A stretch of DNA of 64,000 bases. Source: Candidatus Enterousia sp. GTDB taxonomy: Bacteria; Pseudomonadota; Alphaproteobacteria; Rs-D84. The notes beneath the pieces are model-generated. The model saw only the letters and a list, made by a program, of their open reading frames with translations. It was not told where the DNA came from and did not search any database. Positions 17,492-24,965 of this stretch are shown piece after piece; position 1 is the stretch's first letter, and every line of letters starts with the position of its first letter. The stretch covers positions 7,363-71,362 of the forward strand of contig JAZTWM010000004.1 in the NCBI GenBank assembly GCA_045635825.1, written 5' to 3'. The position numbers were made by a program, and so were the translations under genes.

Positions 17492-18628
17492 TAAACTGTT
17501 TATTAGTTCAAGAATTTCTGCGGTTATTTTTTTGGGGTTAAAACGGTTTAATGATAACTGACTGTTTTTGATTATTTCTTGTCGTGGAATACGATTATGA
17601 TATATGTTTGACATGATTTGTGATAAAGCATGTTTGTCGCCAATATTAAATAATAGACCTGCTGTGCCATTTAAGAGTATTTCTTGTGCACCGTTTTTGT
17701 GCTGTGTTGAAATGTTTAGTGTGCCAACAGATGCCGATTCTAATAATACCATTCCAAAACCTTCGCTGTGACTGGATAATATGTGTGCCATAGATTTTTG
17801 CATATAACCAAAGGGATTAGTTTGTGTGCCTAGGAAGATAATATGTTCTTTGGCGGTGCTTTGATTTGCATGTTGTTCAAGACCGGTTCGATTTGGGCCG
17901 TCCCCAATAATCAATAGTTTTATATCGGTTGTATTTTCAGTTCTTAGGAAAATGGTAAATGCATCAATTATTGTATGGATGTCTTTCGGGCTGCCTAGTC
18001 TAGATATAGAGCAGAAGTATCGACCGGGATATGTGGGGCCTGTTTTTGCTTTGGTAATAATATGTTCTGGTGTAATAGGATTATATATCCGAATGATTTT
18101 GCTGGAATGTGATGGATAGTGTAATGTAAACTCGTCTTTAAATTCATCTGTTAATACAACCATTTTATCATAATATTTCAACCTGTTGATAAGTTTGCTT
18201 TTTTGAAAGAAGTCAAAAGAGCCATGACACCATGTTATTTTTGGGGTTTTGATATGCCGTAGTTCCTTGAAAAAGGATGCGTTTTTATAGTCTATGTATA
18301 TATCATGATTGTTGATATGGAATATTGAACGTCTGTACATTTTATATAAACTGAAGATTAGTTTACGCAGATTTTTGAGAGGGAAAAAATTTGTGCTTTT
18401 TTTTAGGTTTTCAAAATATGGTAACATGGGATAGATGACTTTTAGTTTTATTTCTGGGTGATGGTTAAACCAATCTTGGTAATATTTTTCTTGTAGTTTG
18501 GATTGCATATATACTGATATTTTTAGGTCGGGATATTTTAATAGTTCTTCTAGGGTGGAAATAAATACTGTTTCAACGCCCCCAACAATCATGTCGGGAA
18601 TACAAAAGGCAATTTTTTGTTTGTTCAT
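17489..18628 (-). CDS. glycosyltransferase, GT4-like (GT-B fold)
   Basis: ORF-track start 18709 is rejected because a terminator hairpin lies inside that extension. ATG at 18628 gives MNKQKIAFCIPDMIVGGVETV... EGFGMVLLESASVGT matches the E-x7-E GT4 motif. Confidence 0.85.
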   Translation of the reverse strand: MNKQKIAFCIPDMIVGGVETVFISTLEELLKYPDLKISVYMQSKLQEKYYQDWFNHHPEIKLKVIYPMLPYFENLKKSTNFFPLKNLRKLIFSLYKMYRRSIFHINNHDIYIDYKNASFFKELRHIKTPKITWCHGSFDFFQKSKLINRLKYYDKMVVLTDEFKDEFTLHYPSHSSKIIRIYNPITPEHIITKAKTGPTYPGRYFCSISRLGSPKDIHTIIDAFTIFLRTENTTDIKLLIIGDGPNRTGLEQHANQSTAKEHIIFLGTQTNPFGYMQKSMAHILSSHSEGFGMVLLESASVGTLNISTQHKNGAQEILLNGTAGLLFNIGDKHALSQIMSNIYHNRIPRQEIIKNSQLSLNRFNPKKITAEILELINSL

Positions 18629-18658
18629 TTTCTTACTTCTTTTTTGTTCGTTTTTTAT

Positions 18659-18886
18659 TGGAAAAAGAAAAGACCACATATTTTGTGGTCGGGAAGTTAA
18701 GAAAATCATACACTAAATGACCCCACCGGTTTTTGGAGTTTTTCCTGTTGTATGACCGGTGGCTTCCCGACATTATGGTGTCGAGAAAATGGCACGATGT
18801 GTGCCTGGTATTAATGGATTACGACAGTTAATGCCGTAGTGTACGGGTTTTCTTACGACCCCGAAGCCTTATCCCTAAGGTTTCGA
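18659..18886 (-). promoter_or_regulatory. candidate structured 5' leader (riboswitch/attenuator-like) or independent sRNA upstream of the glycosyltransferase gene
   Basis: Downstream of the promoter at 18893-18921. The minus-strand RNA has local hairpins CCUUA/UAAGG, GGGU/ACCC, CGUA/UACG, GGCAC/GUGCC, CGACA/UGUCG and CCACCGGU/ACCGGUGG. It ends in GACCACA-loop-UGUGGUC plus UUUUCUUUUU (18659-18690), 30 nt before the ATG at 18628. Confidence 0.5.
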
Positions 18887-18892
18887 TTTTGG

Positions 18893-18921
18893 ATTATATA
18901 TAGTAGGGCGTTGGATTTCAA
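18893..18921 (-). promoter_or_regulatory. sigma70-type promoter, TTGAAA-N17-TATAAT
   Basis: Read on minus strand: perfect -10, 5/6 -35 and 17-nt spacer. Divergent from the rpoA promoter. Confidence 0.65.
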
Positions 18922-18934
18922 GTCGTTTATCTAT

Positions 18935-18963
18935 TTGACTTTTGGGTTTTGTTGATATAAAAT
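18935..18963 (+). promoter_or_regulatory. sigma70-type promoter for rpoA, TTGACT-N17-TAAAAT
   Basis: 5/6 matches in both hexamers and a 17-nt spacer. About 70 nt upstream of the rpoA ATG. Confidence 0.6.
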
Positions 18964-19034
18964 ATCGACCGCATGTGCGTTGTGTACATGGCCGTTTTGG
19001 CGAAAATGATAAACTAAGCTAAAAGGAAACTTAA

Positions 19035-20063
19035 ATGATTGAAAAAAATTGGATGACCTTGATTAAGCCAAAAAAGCTGACAATCAAGCAAGATGAACAT
19101 AATCCTAATATTGCAACTTTGATCGCAGAACCATTGGAAAAAGGATTTGGTTTGACATTGGGGACTGCTTTGCGTCGTGTATTGCTGTCTTCTTTGCAGG
19201 GCTGTGCACCAATTTGCATTAAAATTGACGGCGTTCAGCATGAATTTTCCAGCATTTCTGGTGTTCGTGAAGATGTAACAGATATTATCTTGAACTTGAA
19301 GGGTGTTTATTTCAAGGCATTAACAGAAGGCCAGCACAAGGCATTTTTAAAGGTTAAAGGTCCCGCAGTTGTTACAGCAGGTATGATTGAAACAACAGGT
19401 GGTGTCGAGGTTATGAACAAAGATGCTGAAATATGCACTTTGGATAAGGGTGCAAATTTGGATATGGAAATCACATTGGGTACAGGTCGTGGTTATGTTC
19501 CTGCATCACAACATGCAGATGGTTTACCATTGGGTGTTATTCCAGTTGATTCTATCTTTTCACCAATCTTGAACGTTGCAAGTGATGTTTTGCCAACACG
19601 TGTTGGTCAGTCAACAGACTTTGATAAGTTGGAATTGACAGTTAAGACAAATGGTTCTGTTACACCAGAAGATGCGATTGCATTTGCGGCACGTATTTTG
19701 ACAGACCAGTTGGTTGTATTCATTAATTTTGAAGATCCTGCACAGTTAAATGCACCAACCGAAGAAGAAAAAGCAAAAGATGCATTGCCATTTGATCCAA
19801 AGTTGTTAAAGCATGTTGATGAATTGGAATTGTCAGTTCGTGCGAATAACTGCTTGAAGAATGATAAAATCAATTGGTTGGGTGAATTGGTTCAAAAGAC
19901 AGAAGCCGATATGTTGAAGACACCAAACTTTGGTCGCAAGTCTTTGAACGAAATCAAGGTTCAGTTGGAAGCCATGGGATTGGGCTTGGGTATGGAAGTA
20001 CCAGGTTGGCCGCCAGAAAATATTGCTGAATTGGCCAAAAAGTACGAAGACCCATACAAATAA
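19035..20063 (+). CDS. rpoA: DNA-directed RNA polymerase subunit alpha
   Basis: 342 aa. N-terminal domain [22 protein letters not shown]-terminal domain [45 protein letters not shown]. Confidence 0.97.
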   Translation: MIEKNWMTLIKPKKLTIKQDEHNPNIATLIAEPLEKGFGLTLGTALRRVLLSSLQGCAPICIKIDGVQHEFSSISGVREDVTDIILNLKGVYFKALTEGQHKAFLKVKGPAVVTAGMIETTGGVEVMNKDAEICTLDKGANLDMEITLGTGRGYVPASQHADGLPLGVIPVDSIFSPILNVASDVLPTRVGQSTDFDKLELTVKTNGSVTPEDAIAFAARILTDQLVVFINFEDPAQLNAPTEEEKAKDALPFDPKLLKHVDELELSVRANNCLKNDKINWLGELVQKTEADMLKTPNFGRKSLNEIKVQLEAMGLGLGMEVPGWPPENIAELAKKYEDPYK

Positions 20064-20075
20064 ATTAAAATATAT

Positions 20076-20385
20076 GGATTCTTGTTGTGTTTGTCGGTCC
20101 TTATGTAGGTCAACTACACTGCGGACCGTCAAGCACTTCCAATAATCTCATATCTTTTAATTTCTTGGCTGGGCAAGGGGATTCTTGTTGTGTTTGTCGG
20201 TCCTTATGTAGGTCAACTACACTGCGGACCGTCAAGCACTTCCAATAATCTCATATCTTTTAATTTCTTGGCCAGGCAAGGGGATTTTTGGTATGTTTAT
20301 CGGTCCTTGTGTGGGGCAACTGCAACGGGGACCGGTAAAGCATTTCTAATAATCTTATATCTTATAGTTTCTTAGCAGGGCAGGG
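20076..20385. repeat. 3 x approx. 103-bp tandem direct repeat in the rpoA-rplQ spacer
   Basis: Copies start at 20076, 20179 and 20282. Copies 1 and 2 differ only by TG>CA at unit positions 95-96. Copy 3 is 104 nt and roughly 80% identical by manual alignment. Each unit contains an imperfect hairpin closed by CGGTCC...GGACCG. Confidence 0.95.
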
Positions 20386-20402
20386 AGTGAAGTAATATTT
20401 TC

Positions 20403-20430
20403 TTGCAATTTGCATGAAATTATATAGAAT
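20403..20430 (+). promoter_or_regulatory. possible promoter for rplQ, TTGCAA-N16-TAGAAT
   Basis: Moderate matches to -35 and -10, 97 nt upstream of the rplQ ATG and downstream of the tandem repeats. Confidence 0.35.
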
Positions 20431-20526
20431 AGAACGGATTTAATTCCACAATACTGGTTGAAATCAGGTTGTGGGCGTCTCAAGAATCCCACTAATTTCG
20501 GTGGGCAGAAACAAAAGGAGTAATCG

Positions 20527-20967
20527 ATGAGACATATGAAAGCAGGTCGTACATTCAATCGCGACACAAATGCACGCAAGGCCCTGTTTATTGGTCTGGC
20601 AAAAAACTTGATTGAAAAAGAACAGATTAAAACAACTTTGCCAAAGGCAAAAGATTTGCGTAGTGTCGTTGAAAAATTGATTACTCGCGCCAAGGTTGAT
20701 ACAGTTGCAAATCGTCGCTTGACAGCATCTGAATTGGGTAATTCTTCTGCAAAGACAGTTAAGAAATTGTTCGAAGTTTTGGGCCCACGCTATGCAACAC
20801 GTCCAGGTGGTTATACACGTGTTTTGAAGGCTGGTTTCCGTTATGGTGACGCAGCACCAATGGCGATTATCGAATTGGTTGATCGTGATGTAAATGCCAA
20901 GAAAGCAGCACCTGTTGCAGAAGTTGTTACAGAAGAAGTTGCTGAAACAAAGGCAGATGCAGAATAA
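20527..20967 (+). CDS. rplQ: 50S ribosomal protein L17
   Basis: 146 aa, [30 protein letters not shown]...[23 protein letters not shown] is typical L17. Confidence 0.95.
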   Translation: MRHMKAGRTFNRDTNARKALFIGLAKNLIEKEQIKTTLPKAKDLRSVVEKLITRAKVDTVANRRLTASELGNSSAKTVKKLFEVLGPRYATRPGGYTRVLKAGFRYGDAAPMAIIELVDRDVNAKKAAPVAEVVTEEVAETKADAE

Positions 20968-20986
20968 TATTTTGCAGAAATTATAT

Positions 20987-21010
20987 GCCCGCCATTTGGC
21001 GGGTTTTTTC
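20987..21010 (+). terminator. rho-independent terminator after rplQ
   Basis: CCCGCC-ATTT-GGCGGG followed by T6. Confidence 0.85.
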
Positions 21011-21044
21011 TTGATATAATACCCACAAGCAGGGTGGTGTATGA

Positions 21045-21761
21045 TTAATTTGTTTTGTTTTTGAATGCAATGCTTTTTTTGTCTGCAGATGTTTTATACA
21101 TATCTTGGAATTTATTTTTGGCATCTGCCATTGTTTGTGGTGCGTTGCCCTGGGGGGCGTAGATGTCGGCACCGTTTAGTACAATCAGTCGTGATGGTGT
21201 GATTGTGTTGCCTTCGCAGTCAATATAATATTTGTTCTGGTCAAAATGTTTGCCATAACATTGGCCGTTTTCCACTGCAACATAACCATATTCTGCCAAC
21301 TTTGTGCATGTTGGTTGGGTGCCAAATGTTATTTCGCCATTTGGTGTTGTTTCGTCAACCCTGTCCAGAATGCCATGGCACCATACTTGGACATATTTGC
21401 CGTTTACCATTGTTTCTGTGCCGTTGTTTTTGGTTTTTCTTTGTCCATAGCAGTCGCCATATGCAGATAGTTTATTTGTGTCAAAGTCGGCATTGACATA
21501 AGAGGTGTTAGATATTTCTTTTTTTGGTAATGGGGTGTTGCCAGAACTGTTCTTTAATGCTTCGGCACATATAATTTTTTGTCCCCAACATTTTGAACCG
21601 TTGTCCCATAATTCGGTGTCAAATCCGGCCCCCATTGCAGAGTAGCAACGACTGGGGTCCAGGCGGCATACAGTTGGTTGTTCCCACCATGGTGTAAATG
21701 CGTTGGCGGAATTGTATATTCCCAGGATTGCTGTAATGAAAAAGATATATTTTTTATTCAT
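21045..21761 (-). CDS. secreted protein with about 10 Cys
   Basis: ATG at 21761 (RBS AGGAA) gives the signal peptide MNKKYIFFITAILGIYNSANA. The ORF-track start 21842 adds an unlikely polar extension. Lies immediately downstream of member D on the same strand. Confidence 0.7.
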   Translation of the reverse strand: MNKKYIFFITAILGIYNSANAFTPWWEQPTVCRLDPSRCYSAMGAGFDTELWDNGSKCWGQKIICAEALKNSSGNTPLPKKEISNTSYVNADFDTNKLSAYGDCYGQRKTKNNGTETMVNGKYVQVWCHGILDRVDETTPNGEITFGTQPTCTKLAEYGYVAVENGQCYGKHFDQNKYYIDCEGNTITPSRLIVLNGADIYAPQGNAPQTMADAKNKFQDMYKTSADKKSIAFKNKTN

Positions 21762-21847
21762 TTTTATTTCCTGTTTTCTGTTCATTTTATCATTTTTTGT
21801 TGTTTTTCGCAAGGTTTGGTGGTTTGTGTCATTCTTGCTCAATTAGT

Positions 21848-24469
21848 TTATTTGTGGTCCGCACAATATCCCCATTGTGTGTTTGCGGCTGTTTCTTTGT
21901 TGAATGTTGGATGTATTGGATCGCCTGTGATGTCGTGGCAACCATCGGTCTTTTCTGTTATGCCGTCGCCCTCCGTTGAACATGTGCCGTATGCACAACA
22001 TGTTTTGTTTTGTACTTTATCTACCCAGACAGAGTCGACCCAAATACCCCCCAGGCGTTCACATTCTTGTGACAGGGCGTTTGCCATATCTATGTGCAGT
22101 TGGTTCATAACAATGTTTACGTCTTGCAGGATGTTTGTTGGTAATACATCGCTGGATTGGGATGGGCGGACGCATGTTTGCATGGCATAACGAACAAGTT
22201 TTTGATAAAGACTGCCGACATAGTCGTCGCATTCGTTATCTTCTGTGGTTGGGGAATCGCTAATTACTATTTCTTTAGGTTTGTCGGTTCCGCCTGCACA
22301 GGTGTAGCCCGAAGGGCATGGTTCGCATGTGTTGTCGACTTGAGGGGTGCTATCGGCCTTGCCGTTATATTGCATATAGTATCCAGCAGCACAACTGGTG
22401 TATGCACAAATTGGGGCGGCGGTTCCACCAGGGTATGTGCATATTGCACCTTCGCGGGCTTTTATGCATGTGTTTCCAACGGTTGGGGTGCCGTTGTGTT
22501 CTGTGCCAGATGGGCCTGCCATATAGGAACCTGCAGGGCATGATGTGTATATTTTGCCACAAGTGTATGTAGGGTCCGTTACCGGTGTTGGGCGTGTTCC
22601 TTGATAATCGTCTTGTGTTGTAGTGTTGGATTCGCCAGGGGAACCGTTACCGCCGATTGTTTGGTCTGTGCTGGTGGATGTGGTATCCTGGTTGCATTTG
22701 GCAATTGTGGCGTATTGCTGACTGCCGGGGGCATAGACACGACATGTATATGGGTAGGCGTGCAGAGTGTCGTTGCTGGGGACGGCACACATGTTTTTTG
22801 CAAAGTCTATCAGGGTTTCACGACATTGTAGGCCGATTTGCAGGTCTGTTTTGTCGTGCATTGCGGTCAGTAGTGCCTGCATCCCATCAGGGCCGCCACC
22901 ATACAGGTTTGAACATGTGTCTAATTTTTCTTGGCACATTTGTTCGGCCAGTTCCAGGCGTGCACCAATTAATAGTTGTTCGTTTGTATTGCTGAAATCT
23001 TTTAGGGATTGGGTTTGTTCGTCATAGCATTTGTTAACCACGTCAAGACATTCGTTTTTTACCTGGCGGATGCGTTCGTGTTGACCTTGGTAGATTTCTG
23101 TGATTGCCTGGCGTAGAAATTCGTCCCATACATCATCGGCCAAATCGCGACATGTGTCTAGACTGTTCTTGGCAAAAGGGCGCATGGAGTTCAGTTTTGC
23201 AATTAACATTCTGTTGGTTTGGTTTGTTAGGATGTCGCCAGATAGTGAGATTTGAGATTCCAGTTGATAAAAATTAGGGCTGTATATTGGTTCGCCGGTT
23301 TCGTATGTTAGGTACAATCCAGTGATGTCTAGACAGTGGACATAGTCTGTGCCGCATGCAGTGTTGGCTGTGATATCTGTGCGAACCAATGACATGCAGT
23401 CATTGATTGAAGATGAATTGTGGGTGTTATAGTTTTCAAGGCGGGCCAGATTCATTTCACGTTCTGTTGAACGAATGGCGCTGTTTGCTTCAACTAGTTT
23501 TTTGTCCAGACCGTTTAGTACAATTGAGCAGTCGTTTTCTATATACATGCCGTATGCAGAGACCACCATATTTTGTGTGGTTTTGTCTGGACATTTATCG
23601 ATTGTTATTTCGGCACATTGTGCGTGTACGGCATTATACAGTGCTTCGCCAGATAGGTTTGCAATATTTACGCCGCCCGTTAAATCTGTGGTTGCCCAAA
23701 TAGAGTTTATGTTGCCTGCAATATCAAGTGTGCCTTGGGTTGATAATGATTTGGTTTTGGATTTGGATAATACATCAGTGATGCCTGCAAGTTGTAGTGC
23801 GGCATCGGACGAGTCTTTGTTGGCAGATTGGTATAGTTCACCACTGGATGCGGATATCATTGCGTTAACTTCGTCTGCGGATTTATCAATTACAGACAGG
23901 TTCAGTATATGGAAATCTTGTAATGAATTTGATGACTGGCTTAGGGCGCGTTCACGTTCTTGGACGGCAGATAGTTTGGACGAGCATACGCAGCGACGGT
24001 ATGTGTCGTTGGCGGTTCCGCAAAATTGATCCATGCATGTAAAATATGCGTCACGACAAGTGTTGTATCCGGTGCCGAATGTGTTCGATTGTGTGGTGTT
24101 AAGTGTTATTGTTGCACGTGCGGTGTTTTTTGTGTTCTGGGGATTAGAACTGAGACGTATGGCTGTCTTGTTTTGTTGTGTGCGTAGGCGACTGTTGCTT
24201 GGTGTTGTGCGTGTTGTAACAGATGCGGGGGTTGCAGTGCGTGCAGATACTGTGTTTTGACGATTGGTATTTACGGGTTTTGTGGTACGTTGTAATTTGC
24301 GCTGGACCGTAGCACGTGCAGCGGTGCCTTCGTTTCGTGTGTTTGTGATGGTTCGTTGTGTGTTAGTGTTCGTGTCGCCACGATGTATAGTGTTTGCATC
24401 ACGAACAGCAGCGTCAGCATTGCAGACGCCCAGGATAATAGCCAGGGAAAGTTTTATAATCCTTCTCAT
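21848..24469 (-). CDS. secreted cysteine-rich protein (family member D) with C-terminal C-x-x-G-Y-type repeats
   Basis: Start chosen at MRRIIKLSLAIILGVCNADA (24469). T/N/R-rich linker, then TCRDAYFTCMDQFC-x9-CVC. C-x6-C pairs (ECLDVVNKC, MCQEKLDTC). C-terminal SCPAGSYM, SCAAGYYM and EPCPSGYTCAGG repeats. Confidence 0.8.
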   Translation of the reverse strand: MRRIIKLSLAIILGVCNADAAVRDANTIHRGDTNTNTQRTITNTRNEGTAARATVQRKLQRTTKPVNTNRQNTVSARTATPASVTTRTTPSNSRLRTQQNKTAIRLSSNPQNTKNTARATITLNTTQSNTFGTGYNTCRDAYFTCMDQFCGTANDTYRRCVCSSKLSAVQERERALSQSSNSLQDFHILNLSVIDKSADEVNAMISASSGELYQSANKDSSDAALQLAGITDVLSKSKTKSLSTQGTLDIAGNINSIWATTDLTGGVNIANLSGEALYNAVHAQCAEITIDKCPDKTTQNMVVSAYGMYIENDCSIVLNGLDKKLVEANSAIRSTEREMNLARLENYNTHNSSSINDCMSLVRTDITANTACGTDYVHCLDITGLYLTYETGEPIYSPNFYQLESQISLSGDILTNQTNRMLIAKLNSMRPFAKNSLDTCRDLADDVWDEFLRQAITEIYQGQHERIRQVKNECLDVVNKCYDEQTQSLKDFSNTNEQLLIGARLELAEQMCQEKLDTCSNLYGGGPDGMQALLTAMHDKTDLQIGLQCRETLIDFAKNMCAVPSNDTLHAYPYTCRVYAPGSQQYATIAKCNQDTTSTSTDQTIGGNGSPGESNTTTQDDYQGTRPTPVTDPTYTCGKIYTSCPAGSYMAGPSGTEHNGTPTVGNTCIKAREGAICTYPGGTAAPICAYTSCAAGYYMQYNGKADSTPQVDNTCEPCPSGYTCAGGTDKPKEIVISDSPTTEDNECDDYVGSLYQKLVRYAMQTCVRPSQSSDVLPTNILQDVNIVMNQLHIDMANALSQECERLGGIWVDSVWVDKVQNKTCCAYGTCSTEGDGITEKTDGCHDITGDPIHPTFNKETAANTQWGYCADHK

Positions 24470-24539
24470 TCGTGTATATATATAATATACTTTACCAAAA
24501 AATGGTTTTTTTAACAAGAAAAATACATAAAGATGCTAT

Positions 24540-24563
24540 TAAAAAATGCCCGTTTCGGGCATT
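24540..24563 (-). terminator. rho-independent terminator after infA
   Basis: ATGCCC-GAAAC-GGGCAT followed by T6 when read on the minus strand. Confidence 0.8.
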
Positions 24564-24569
24564 GAAAAA

Positions 24570-24815
24570 TTAGTTGGTGTTTTCAGTGGTTGGACGGTTG
24601 CGTTCAACAAACGTGATGCGACCCTTGTCCAAATCGTATGGTGTCATTTCAACGCGTACACGTTCGCCAACATTAACCCAGATGCGTGCTTTGCGCATTT
24701 TTCCGCATACTGTTGCCAAGATTTCGTGTCCGTTTTCAAGTTTTACACGAAACATGGTGTTTGGCAGTTTGTCTTCGACAGTGCCACTAAAAACAATTAC
24801 ATCGTCTTTTGCCAT
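24570..24815 (-). CDS. infA: translation initiation factor IF-1
   Basis: [78 protein letters not shown] upstream of the ATG at 24815. Confidence 0.95.
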   Translation of the reverse strand: MAKDDVIVFSGTVEDKLPNTMFRVKLENGHEILATVCGKMRKARIWVNVGERVRVEMTPYDLDKGRITFVERNRPTTENTN

Positions 24816-24965
24816 TTGTTTATCCCTTGGATTTTTCTGCAATTTCTGGGGTGTATGATATTGGTTTTGGGTGAAAAAAGCAAGAGTTTTTTATTTGCTT
24901 GTTAAAATTGTTAAGTTTTGATAAAATAAAGTAATAAAATCTATCTTGATGAGGGGTGTAGTCTA

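Noticed and set aside
18629-18709. N-terminal extension of the glycosyltransferase ORF, with similar ORF-track extensions at 21842, 24517, 24842, 27160, 33495, 40404, 41694, 42398, 53087, 55469, 57608, 60331 and 63835
   Set aside because: The extensions contain terminator hairpins or promoter elements, overlap upstream genes, or precede an internal ATG. That internal ATG has a better RBS and yields a canonical N-terminus or signal peptide. I used the shorter start in each case.
18659-18886. Assignment of the structured leader to a known RNA class (TPP riboswitch, tmRNA, SRP RNA, 6S RNA, RNase P RNA)
   Set aside because: AAUACCAGG resembles part of the TPP aptamer, but the invariant CUGAGA is replaced by GUAAGA. 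There is no tRNA-like acceptor/T-arm or tag ORF for tmRNA. The SRP GGAA-tetraloop helix motif and the RNase P conserved blocks are absent. I left it unclassified.
20076-20385. CRISPR array or DGR template/variable repeat interpretation of the 103-bp repeats
   Set aside because: The units abut directly with no unique spacers, and at 103 bp they are far too long for CRISPR repeats. There are no cas genes and no reverse transcriptase in the window. Substitutions between copies are not adenine-specific.
20190-20693. ORFs 20190-20375 (+) and 20355-20693 (-) across the tandem repeats
   Set aside because: The repeat unit is 103 bp, not a multiple of 3, so successive copies fall in different frames. 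There is no RBS. The minus ORF also runs into the rplQ start. I treat the region as non-coding.
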